A stretch of DNA of 40,511 nucleotides from a bacterium (GTDB lineage Bacteria > Patescibacteriota > Minisyncoccia > Minisyncoccales > DG-74-1). The notes under the pieces are model-generated. The model was not told where the DNA came from, ran no database searches, and worked only from the letters and a program-made list of their open reading frames with translations. Position 1 is the stretch's first letter; each line of letters starts with the position of its first letter. Positions 1 through 8,604 of the stretch are shown piece after piece. The position numbers and the translations under genes are program-made. The stretch covers positions 1 through 40,511 of the forward strand of contig DAIPKT010000001.1 in NCBI GenBank assembly GCA_036769645.1. Reading direction: 5' to 3'.

Positions 1-326
1 CTTTCTACTAATTATTATTTTATCAAAGAACTAAAATTTTGCACCCCGCTCATTTCATTATATCAAAAAGTAGCGAAATTTCGCCGCTTTTGGTAAGGTT
101 TCTTTTATCTTCTAAATCTCTGCCCTTCTCTTTATCCAACAATCCTACCAATAAATTAGTCAATCAGAAGTAGATTCAAATGGTAGTTCGGTTATCTCTT
201 TTCCCCAATCAGCACATTATTATTCATGAATATTCACTAATTTGAAGACAAATCTAGTGAGTAAAAAATGACCTTTAGAACCTCGGTCACTCTACTTACT
301 TGGGCTTCAATTTTAAAATTAAAGAC

Positions 327-689
327 TTAACAAGTCAAATGAAATAGGCCAATTACTTTGTTTTGCTTTCCCTCCTTTAATTCTGATTCTCCTAAAATAA
401 TGTTAAAAGTTTTTACTGCCTCTTCAGTTTTGTCAATGATTAATTTAATCCCCTTTTCCTGAATAAATTTTTGGGCTTCTTCAGTCACTCTGGCAATACC
501 TAACTCACCTGTTCCAATGATTATCGTCTCTGGATTTTGCTCTATTGCCCTTTTGACATCCTCGACATTAATAACATGACTTTCTCCTCTCCACCATTTC
601 AAAACCTCACCCGTCCAACGAACCTCAAGATCGTGATTATATGTTTTCCCATTTATGGTAATTGAACCAAAATGATATTCTTCAATCAT
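327..689 (-). CDS. Mth938-like (DUF498) domain protein
   Basis: 120-aa ORF. It has the 'HDLEV...W' and 'IIIGTGELG' pattern that I recall from the Mth938/NDUFAF3-like family. Stop is TAA. Confidence 0.55.
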   Translation of the reverse strand: MIEEYHFGSITINGKTYNHDLEVRWTGEVLKWWRGESHVINVEDVKRAIEQNPETIIIGTGELGIARVTEEAQKFIQEKGIKLIIDKTEEAVKTFNIILGESELKEGKQNKVIGLFHLTC

Positions 690-899
690 AATTTAGGTTA
701 TAGGTTTTAGATATTAGATTATTAGTTTATTTAATGACCTTGTATTTTTGAAACCTGAGGTGGAACCGAGGGTTTCTCAGCTTGGCAGCCAACTGAAATA
801 ATTGCAGAGGCTGAGGTATCACAAATTGAATATAAATTTTTCCTCCCTCTCCTTTCTTTAATTGTTTTTAAAATTTCATAGATATTTATCCAAAAAGAT

Positions 900-2213
900 T
901 CACTCCTTTGCTGGCCGCTTTCTGGTTGCTAAAATTAATTTTATTATTAACCAGAGTAAAATTATTACTACGATAGTTAAAATGGTTGGTAAAAGCCAAG
1001 GATATCTTTCAGTGAAGGGTGGAGGAGGGGGCAAAATTTCCTCAAACAGTGGATTCTTTATCTGAGCTCCTAAAAAGGCCTCGGGGAGATCTTTTATTTC
1101 TAAATAAGGAAAGAGGGCTTCAATATCATACTCAGGATAATGAGCATCTGGATTTCCATAATAAAGTTTGTAATTTTTTAAAGGCTCATATTTAAATAAA
1201 ATTCTTCTCAAAATACCAGAGACAGAGATATCGATAATATTTATTGGTTTATCGTCTTTATTGAAGATTGTCAATTTTAAATAGCGGAAATTTGACTCAG
1301 GATAATCAATTTCTAATTTCGAGCCAGTAAATTTAGCTGTAGAAAAAGAAAAAATGACATCTCGATATTTAACCACTTGCCAATTTTGGTTATCGTTGCT
1401 TCCTTCTAAAGCAACTTCTCGGCTAAAATTAACATCAGGCGTACTAATTTTTAGAGAATTACTGGGAAGACCAATACTGCCTAAATCCAAAGTAATAAAA
1501 CTTGTTCTCAATCCTTCATTTATTCCTCTTTCAATTATTTTTAGAGGATAATTAATTTTTCTGGCTACCTTAGCTACCTGGCGATAGACTTCAGCTCCGA
1601 TAATTTTTAATGGCTCTTCTCCTCTTGAAATTATCTTCACTTTTAGATACCGATAAGTTGATTCCGGATAATTCAGAGTTGTATCTTGCTGTTTAAATTC
1701 GAACTCAGGGGGAGAATAATCGTAAATCCGTCCTTTATCATTTAAAACAAACCAATTTTCTTGGTCATTGCTTCCCTCAATAATTACTTCTCTTCTGAAA
1801 TTTATTGAGGTTGTCAAAATTTTAATTTGGTTATGCAAGATTCCAGCCTCTCCAAGATCAGCTATAAAAAATTGATACTCACCAGGAACAAAGCTGAGAT
1901 TTAAAATTTTTGTTCGATGAGATTCCCGAAGATAATATTCTTTTTCAACTAAAAGTTTGTAAGGAATTTCAGAGCCATTGGCTATTACCCTGATATCGCT
2001 TAAATTAGGTTTAGCATTTTCAAAAATCTGACGATCAAAAGGTAAAAGGACATAGCTGGGATAAAAAACCCCCTCTAATTCTATTTTTTTCTCATATCGC
2101 CATTTTTTAATATCGAAATCAGCCAAAGATGGAGTTAAATTTGCTAAGAAGAGAAAAGGAATTAAAAAAATGCCAAAAAATATTATTTTTAGAAAATTTT
2201 TGTTGAAAATCAT
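900..2213 (-). CDS. Surface-anchored repeat protein, DUF3999-like
   Basis: N-terminal signal/TM segment. Two internally similar beta-rich modules ('REVIIEGSNDQENW' and 'REVALEGSNDNQNW'). Proline run and a C-terminal TM anchor. ATGA overlap with the upstream DUF2339-like gene. The family name is from memory of the DUF2339/DUF3999 pairing and is unverified. Confidence 0.45.
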   Translation of the reverse strand: MIFNKNFLKIIFFGIFLIPFLFLANLTPSLADFDIKKWRYEKKIELEGVFYPSYVLLPFDRQIFENAKPNLSDIRVIANGSEIPYKLLVEKEYYLRESHRTKILNLSFVPGEYQFFIADLGEAGILHNQIKILTTSINFRREVIIEGSNDQENWFVLNDKGRIYDYSPPEFEFKQQDTTLNYPESTYRYLKVKIISRGEEPLKIIGAEVYRQVAKVARKINYPLKIIERGINEGLRTSFITLDLGSIGLPSNSLKISTPDVNFSREVALEGSNDNQNWQVVKYRDVIFSFSTAKFTGSKLEIDYPESNFRYLKLTIFNKDDKPINIIDISVSGILRRILFKYEPLKNYKLYYGNPDAHYPEYDIEALFPYLEIKDLPEAFLGAQIKNPLFEEILPPPPPFTERYPWLLPTILTIVVIILLWLIIKLILATRKRPAKE

Positions 2214-4258
2214 GGTTCCAGTAAAAATTCTTTTATTTTATGACGAAATCTTAAATAGAGATAGCCAGTGATGAGTAAAATTATCCCAAGAGTAATATAA
2301 GAACCAATCCGGTACAACTCTGCTAACCTCCAAGTATCATAGAGAAAGACTTTAAAAACCATCAGCCATAAAAAGGTCAAACCTAAGACTCTTATTGGTG
2401 GATATTTCAGAAATATTCCCAGGCAAATTATGATTATTGAATAAACTGACCAGATAAAAGATAAATAGAAATTTTGGGCTAAAGTTAAATCTTTTCCTGG
2501 GACATCATAAAAGACAAGTTTTCCCATAATCAATCCAATAAGAATCAAACCAGCAAGCTGAATGGGTTTATATTTTTTAAGAATTCCTACTAAGGATAAA
2601 ATTATTGCATATAAGCCCCAGAGAAGAGAGATTGAAAGATTTCGGAGAAATTGTAGATTTTTTATTTTCTCAAAATCTATTCTGACACACTCTTGAGGGA
2701 AGTAACCCCTTCGATAATACCTCAGACACCTTTCATAATCGTAAATACTTATTTCCTTTGGTTTTCTCAATTCGGCGATTTTTCCATCAAAATATCTTAT
2801 AATTTCATTGCTCAAAATCCAAAGGCTGAGGAAGTTAGCCGAAAGCAAAAGGAAAGGCAAAACAAATTTCTCTTCAACTTTTATTTCTTTTTGACCTAGC
2901 CACCAGATATAAGAAGCTAAATAAAAAGCTAAAATGCTGACAAAGAAGGCGAAAAACCTTTTATTAAAAATCGGAGTGAATTCTTCAATCCTTTCTTCCC
3001 AGGCCATATCAAATCCCAAAAGCCTGATTATCACTAACAAAAAGAGCAAAAGAGAAAAGGCTCTTAGATGATAGCTTTTCAAATAAAAACCTAACCAAGA
3101 AAGAACTACTGCTTCTGCCGCCCAGGCAATAGTAATCCAATATTGTTTCAATTGAATTGGAATGGCAATTGTTAGAAAAACTAAAGAAATTCCAGCTAAA
3201 AATAAAGTTAAATTAGGGTCTTTTAGTTTTCTCAAATAAGTAAGGTAAGCAAGGATGCAATAAAAGAAGGCCAAAATTACAGCGAAAAATCCCATCCAAT
3301 TCCGGTAATCCTTTACCAAAATCCCATAGCTCCAGCTAAAATAGATTGCGGCATTCATTGTCATTAAAGCCAAATCTGGCCATTCAGCTTTTCTTTTCTG
3401 AATGAAATGGTAAAAAATGGTGATGAAGGAAAAGAGGAGGAAAAAGATGGTTAAAACAAATTCGGTATAGGCAAGTTTTTCTGGTTTATAAAGAGCGGCA
3501 AACCAGGCTCCGAAGGAAAGATAGGTGAAAAGAAATCCACTAAAAGAAAGGAGTCGCCAATTTTTAAATGAAGATATGGCCAAAATTCCCAAATTCAAAA
3601 GAACAATATAGGCAAAAATGATATTTTGGTTAGCTGCGATATTTTTCACTCCTAACATAAAGGGAGTGAAAAAACCACCAACAATTCCTATAAAGGCAAT
3701 AGGGAGAGCATCATATCTCAAAGATAAAACTCCGGCTGTTAGGGTGACAATAATCATGAAGGCAAAGGCCGGAGCTAAATCAATGAGTTGATATAAATTG
3801 AAGGCAGCGAAGATTGATAAATATAAAATAGCAATTCCGCCACCAGTTAAGGCCTGGCTATATTTTCGATAGCGGTCTTTCAAATATTCGCCAAGAGTAA
3901 TTAAGATTATCCCGGCAGCAAGGCCAGCAATTACTCTACCAGTTGGACCCATACCCCATCTATCAATAGCATATTTTAAGAAAAATCCTATTCCAATTAT
4001 TATCGCTGCTATTCCCACTTTCACCAGCCAATTCCCACTCATTATTGTTTCTAAATTTATTATCTTTTTTGGCAAAGGAACTTCAGGCGCTTTCTCATAA
4101 GGTGGTGGTGGAGGCGGAACAGGAGGATAAAGAGGTGAAGGCAGGCCCTCTTCTAATTTTTTAACCCTCAATTTTTGATCCTCCAATTCTTCTTTCAATC
4201 TCTCAATTTCCTTTCTTAATTCTTCTATTTTTTGAATCAACTCATTATCTGGATTCAT
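2210..4258 (-). CDS. Polytopic membrane protein, DUF2339-like
   Basis: 682 aa. N-terminal coiled coil (LKEELEDQKLRVKKLEE), a proline-rich linker (PPVPPPPPPY), then about 20 hydrophobic helices. This architecture matches my recollection of DUF2339. Confidence 0.55.
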   Translation of the reverse strand: MNPDNELIQKIEELRKEIERLKEELEDQKLRVKKLEEGLPSPLYPPVPPPPPPYEKAPEVPLPKKIINLETIMSGNWLVKVGIAAIIIGIGFFLKYAIDRWGMGPTGRVIAGLAAGIILITLGEYLKDRYRKYSQALTGGGIAILYLSIFAAFNLYQLIDLAPAFAFMIIVTLTAGVLSLRYDALPIAFIGIVGGFFTPFMLGVKNIAANQNIIFAYIVLLNLGILAISSFKNWRLLSFSGFLFTYLSFGAWFAALYKPEKLAYTEFVLTIFFLLFSFITIFYHFIQKRKAEWPDLALMTMNAAIYFSWSYGILVKDYRNWMGFFAVILAFFYCILAYLTYLRKLKDPNLTLFLAGISLVFLTIAIPIQLKQYWITIAWAAEAVVLSWLGFYLKSYHLRAFSLLLFLLVIIRLLGFDMAWEERIEEFTPIFNKRFFAFFVSILAFYLASYIWWLGQKEIKVEEKFVLPFLLLSANFLSLWILSNEIIRYFDGKIAELRKPKEISIYDYERCLRYYRRGYFPQECVRIDFEKIKNLQFLRNLSISLLWGLYAIILSLVGILKKYKPIQLAGLILIGLIMGKLVFYDVPGKDLTLAQNFYLSFIWSVYSIIIICLGIFLKYPPIRVLGLTFLWLMVFKVFLYDTWRLAELYRIGSYITLGIILLITGYLYLRFRHKIKEFLLEP

Positions 4259-4275
4259 GTTTCATTTCTATAATA

Positions 4276-4773
4276 TCAAAATCTTCTAAAAATTAAAAGG
4301 ATAAGAAAGAAAAGTCCAATAAGGATCAGGGGCAAGATTAAAGAGAATAAAAAGCCTCTGGCCAGATATTTTCTTTTCCTCCAGAAATAAAAAATTCCAA
4401 AAATTTGAATTCCTAAAATAGCGAGAAGAAAGATCCGAAACAAGCTAAAGAAATACCTAAAGGGATAAAAAGGATAAATAAAAGCTGATAGAATCCCAAG
4501 AAGAAAATATATACCCAAACCAAATATAGCTGGGGTGAAAAATCCAGCTAAAAAATCTAAAAGCTTTTCCCTAAAAGTTTTATAAATTTTTATACTTTTG
4601 AAATCCCAAAAGCTAATCTTTTCCTTTGGCACAAATCCCTCGTAAACTATTCTTATTCCTTCTTCAATTTGATCTTTTGGATAGCTCGCCTCAATTAATT
4701 TTCTCTTCAAGACTTCTTGGGGAAATTTATTTTTGTTTTCTCTGAGATAATTTATAATTCTTCGATCAACCAT
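4276..4773 (-). CDS. Hypothetical membrane protein (soluble N-domain plus 3-4 TM helices)
   Basis: 165-aa ORF in operon register, 4 nt downstream of the activase stop. The C-terminal half is hydrophobic. Confidence 0.6.
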   Translation of the reverse strand: MVDRRIINYLRENKNKFPQEVLKRKLIEASYPKDQIEEGIRIVYEGFVPKEKISFWDFKSIKIYKTFREKLLDFLAGFFTPAIFGLGIYFLLGILSAFIYPFYPFRYFFSLFRIFLLAILGIQIFGIFYFWRKRKYLARGFLFSLILPLILIGLFFLILLIFRRF

Positions 4774-4777
4774 ATTT

Positions 4778-5743
4778 TTATTGAGGATTTAGATTTGACC
4801 ATTTTCCACATCTGTCTCCCCATCTGGCAATGACCTTTCCTTCAATTCTAGCCTCAATCACCTCGCAATGATTTGGACAGCTCTGGCATTGAAAAGAGGT
4901 ACATCTGATATCTTTATCTGAAATTTCAAAACCTAAAAATTTTGTTTTTGGAGAAGGATTTTCCTTAGCCAATAAAGCCACCCCAAATGCTCCCATTACT
5001 TTATTATAGGAAGGAACAATAATTTTTTGGCCCAGAGCCTCCTCAAATGCCTTTCTCATTCCAATATTTTCTGAAACTCCACCCAAAAAAACAATTGGAG
5101 GTTTTATATTTTTTCCTCTGGCAACATTGTTTAAAAAATTCCTGACCAAGCCTTGACAGAGACCGGCAACAATATCATGGGTCGGATGACCAATCTGCTG
5201 TTTATGAATCATGTCTGACTCGCTGAAAACAGTACATCTGGCTCCTATTGTTGTTGGGTTCTTTGATTTTAAAGCCAACTCGCCAAATTTTTCAACTGGA
5301 ATTTTTAATCGAAAGGCCTGAGCATCTAAAAAGGCACCTGTTCCGGCAGAACAGATGAGATTTAATGCAAAATCAACCACCACTCCATTTTCTAAAATGA
5401 TAATTTTCGAATCCTGGCCACCAATTTCAATCACGGTTCGAACATCAGGAACAAAATGAGTCACTCCCTTAGCATGGGCAGTAATTTCATTTTTGATCAC
5501 ATCGGCCCCGGTAATCACTCCGGTTAAATATCTGGCTGAGCCAGTGGTACCTAGGCTAGCAATCTCAACTTCTGGATTATGAGCCTGAATAAAATTTTTC
5601 AATTCTCTCATTCCTTTTTTGACCGCCTCAATTGGATTTCCTTCGGTCCGAAAATAGGATGAAAACAAAATTTGATTTTTTTCATCAATTAAAACGAATT
5701 TTGTTGAAATGGAGCCAACATCAATGCCTAAATATGTCTTCAT
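4778..5743 (-). CDS. BadF/BadG/BcrA/BcrD-type ATPase (2-hydroxyacyl-CoA dehydratase activase-like) with C-terminal Cys-rich tail
   Basis: ASKHA-fold motifs 'LGIDVGSISTK', 'EIGGQDSK' and 'NLICSAGTGAF'. C-terminal 'CTSFQCQSCPNHC'. 4-nt overlap with the upstream gene. Confidence 0.85.
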   Translation of the reverse strand: MKTYLGIDVGSISTKFVLIDEKNQILFSSYFRTEGNPIEAVKKGMRELKNFIQAHNPEVEIASLGTTGSARYLTGVITGADVIKNEITAHAKGVTHFVPDVRTVIEIGGQDSKIIILENGVVVDFALNLICSAGTGAFLDAQAFRLKIPVEKFGELALKSKNPTTIGARCTVFSESDMIHKQQIGHPTHDIVAGLCQGLVRNFLNNVARGKNIKPPIVFLGGVSENIGMRKAFEEALGQKIIVPSYNKVMGAFGVALLAKENPSPKTKFLGFEISDKDIRCTSFQCQSCPNHCEVIEARIEGKVIARWGDRCGKWSNLNPQ

Positions 5744-7842
5744 GATTTTTTATGTTGATGATAATTTTTAACAACATCAATAAAGGCCTCAAGTCGAGTA
5801 TCAATTCCAGCTTCGGCTACTTGCTCATCTAGAGAAAGTGATAAAAATGGAATTCCGCTTTCCTGATGAATTTTCTCTAAAATCGGCCGAACCGTCACCT
5901 CGGGCATACAATTTCTCGCAATTAGAAAATTCGCAACATAGGAATGATCATCTTTGACTGTCAAATTATAAACTTTCCCTTTAAAAATAAACCACTCTAT
6001 TTTACGAATGGGAACTAAAAAATAATTTTTCAATTCTCTGTGTTTGATAAATGGTTTTCTATCGGTTACTTTGATTTTTTCATCGCCTAATCTTTTTATT
6101 TCGTGAGCGGTGGCTATCTTAAGCATATAAGAAAGTTTTTTATCTTTAATATTCTGTTCCATAAATGATGGTTTGATTCGATTCCGTATCAGAAGCCAGA
6201 ATAATTGACTTGCTAAGTTTCGGGAGGTGGTTACTCCTCGATAAGTAGTCTCTCCATATTCGTCTCTGAAATTACCATCTCCTCTAAAAAATCCTTTTAA
6301 AATTTCTTTTTGTAAATTGGGTTCGAGAGTCATTAAATCATTGTGAAGTAATTTTTGATCACAATTCCTGGTTCTAAAATTTCTCTTAATTATATCAATA
6401 ACATCATTAATATATTTTCTCTCCCGAGGAGAAAAATCAAAATCGATGCCTCTTATATATCTTTTATTTTTTTCAGTATCATAACGGATTGAGCCTTCAG
6501 CTAACCAATAACCAAGCATTCTAAGTAAGTCTGGTGAGTAAGGAAACTGCTTGATCTCTTCCCATTTAGGTGCTCTCGTATACTCTTTTTGCAATTCAAA
6601 ACAACTTGAGCTCTTCACTTCCTTCGGAATTGGAATAGCAACAAAATCTCCTCTCTTAGCTTGATAAGCTGGAGTAAACTTTGGGTTTTTAATTTCTTTT
6701 GTCCAACTTCCCTTAAGTGTAGTTTTTACTAGTAAAATTGGATGTTCGGGAGTAACTGAAATTGTTAATAATTTTCCACCACAATCTATTTTTAATATTG
6801 GCCCTTGATAATTCCGACACCACTTATGGGTTACTTTTTTGAATCTTCCTTTATGAGTTAGAACTTTTTCTCCGACTTTTATTTCTTGAATTGGTTTTTG
6901 TAAATAACCTTCAACAGTGATATTAGTATCTTTGATAAAACAGCCAAAGGGAAGTAGATGAATTATCCCATCAAAATCTTCTTTAATATATTTTAGCATT
7001 TCGTAAATGGCGTCTCTTCCATGGCCGCCAACAGTTGATTTTAAATAGGGATTAATTTTTCTCTGAATTGTCCAGTCCTTCCAGGGGAAAATCAATTTTT
7101 TCAAATGGTAAATGAGACCCATTTCCCGATGGACCTCAATTCCTTCCAGGCCCAATTTTCTTTCTATTTCGAAATTTATTGCCGAGTCACAGACAGTATA
7201 AATTTCTCCAACCAAACCTACTTTTGGCAGATCATCCTTTTTCTCTATTTTAATTTCTCTCAATTTTCTTAAAGCCTCTTTTTTGAATTTCGAAAAATCT
7301 TTCTCTTTATTTATTTTTTCTAATTCTGAGAAAATCTCAGTTAACAATCTATCAGTTTTACCCTTCTCTACCTCCCTTGGCCTTAAATATTGAGCCATTC
7401 TCTCAATTTTTTCAATTAGTCCCAATTTTTTAAAGAAAAATCGGCCGGTTTTTATTATCTGCCAGAAGGAAGCGCCAGAAATTTTTTTAATTGCCCGATA
7501 AATATCTTTTGGAGTAGCCCGGAAATCTAAAAAATTAATATCATGACCAGCTTCTTTTAAAACTTTTTCTTGAATTGCTCCATAATATCTTTGTCGACAA
7601 GAACCGCCAACATTCTGAACCATAAAAACGGTATTAGCTCCTTTTTTTAGAGCTGGCAAATAATTTCCCAGGGTGACCTTCATTGGAAAACAATACATTT
7701 CGGGAGCAATTTTCGCTCCCTCGGCAATGGTCTGAGAGGTTGTTTTCTCTGGAGGAATAACTTCAAGACCCAATTGTTCAAATAGGGTCTTGAAAGCAAT
7801 AGTATAATTTCCAAATCTGGCAAAAGTAATTATTGGTTTCAT
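5740..7842 (-). CDS. Acyl-CoA dehydratase activase-related protein (DUF2229/HgdB-like), interrupted by one intein
   Basis: The extein sequence (~356 aa) has 'PEMYCFPMK', 'GGSCRQRYY' and 'HLLPFGC|MPEVTV'. Residues 301-644 are an intein. Confidence 0.75.
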   Translation of the reverse strand: MKPIITFARFGNYTIAFKTLFEQLGLEVIPPEKTTSQTIAEGAKIAPEMYCFPMKVTLGNYLPALKKGANTVFMVQNVGGSCRQRYYGAIQEKVLKEAGHDINFLDFRATPKDIYRAIKKISGASFWQIIKTGRFFFKKLGLIEKIERMAQYLRPREVEKGKTDRLLTEIFSELEKINKEKDFSKFKKEALRKLREIKIEKKDDLPKVGLVGEIYTVCDSAINFEIERKLGLEGIEVHREMGLIYHLKKLIFPWKDWTIQRKINPYLKSTVGGHGRDAIYEMLKYIKEDFDGIIHLLPFGCFIKDTNITVEGYLQKPIQEIKVGEKVLTHKGRFKKVTHKWCRNYQGPILKIDCGGKLLTISVTPEHPILLVKTTLKGSWTKEIKNPKFTPAYQAKRGDFVAIPIPKEVKSSSCFELQKEYTRAPKWEEIKQFPYSPDLLRMLGYWLAEGSIRYDTEKNKRYIRGIDFDFSPRERKYINDVIDIIKRNFRTRNCDQKLLHNDLMTLEPNLQKEILKGFFRGDGNFRDEYGETTYRGVTTSRNLASQLFWLLIRNRIKPSFMEQNIKDKKLSYMLKIATAHEIKRLGDEKIKVTDRKPFIKHRELKNYFLVPIRKIEWFIFKGKVYNLTVKDDHSYVANFLIARNCMPEVTVRPILEKIHQESGIPFLSLSLDEQVAEAGIDTRLEAFIDVVKNYHQHKKS
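5911..6942 (-). mobile_element. Intein (344 aa) with LAGLIDADG homing endonuclease, inserted in the DUF2229-family protein
   Basis: Starts with Cys1 ('CFIKDTNITVEG'). Block B 'TPEH'. LAGLIDADG motifs 'LGYWLAEGS' and 'LKGFFRGDGN'. Block F/G 'VYNLTVKDDHSYVANFLIARN' is followed by +1 Cys. The flanks rejoin as PFG-CMPE. Confidence 0.85.
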
Positions 7843-8604
7843 TTTTGGTATTCTGCCTCACATTCATCAATCATTCTTTCCACATCTCTTTCATCCTTAA
7901 CATCCTAACATGTATAAAAAAACTGTCAAATTCTTGTCTCTCTCTTAGCTATAATGATACTGAAGGCTTTAGAGAGAATAGAGTTTGGGCATTTAAGAAG
8001 GTAAAGGCAGTTTGGAAAGAAAGGAGAAAGCTCTCTAAAATTAAGGTTAAAGGTGTAATCCCTTTAACCAAGCAAGATGGAAAGAGATTGCTGATATAAA
8101 GAGAACCTGGCTTTAGAGATTTAAATTATCTTTTCAATAATTCAGATTTCTTCCTAGGTAGCAATATCAGTTGTCCATCACTAACCAGAATTAGATTTCT
8201 TGGCTGGTTCTACTCTAAAAACTGCTCTTTTGGGCTCAGGGCAGAATGAAGAGACTGAATTCAATGCTCCTCAATTAGGTCCTTTTGAGAGAACTTGTCA
8301 GAACTTCTGGAAGTCATTAGGAGTTGAGAGAAAGCTAAATAAGTTAAGTCAGAATTAGGCTTTATTAAATTAAAAACTTAATGCGTAATAAGAATTAGGG
8401 CAATTTTGGGCAAATTTTGGCAGGATTTTACGAATAAAATTGAGGTAAAGAGAGCTAAAATTTGTGGAAAACCTTATTACGCATTATCTTTATTGGTGAA
8501 GAGAGAAATTTATTCAAAACCTTATTTTATTATGGCTTTATCAAAAGAGGGGTGTCAAGGGCAAGGAGTTGAAAAAAATAAAAATTTGAGTTAAAATTTG
8601 GTCT

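Noticed and set aside
60-100. GCGAAATTTCGC palindrome as a terminator or regulatory site at the window start
   Set aside because: The stem is short with no usable loop, there is no adjacent T-tract of convincing length, and the flanking gene is unknown because the window begins here.
7833-8594. ORFs 7833..8099 (88 aa) and 8406..8594 (62 aa) as genes; also RNase P, tmRNA or SRP RNA in this gap
   Set aside because: The ORFs have low-complexity, unfamiliar sequences and no Shine-Dalgarno. I looked for the RNase P P4 motif (GAGGAAAGUCC ... ACAGAACCCGGCUUA), tmRNA tRNA-like ends, and the SRP GGAAG/AGCA motif. I found only a loose GAGAACCUGGCUUUA resemblance, at the wrong spacing.
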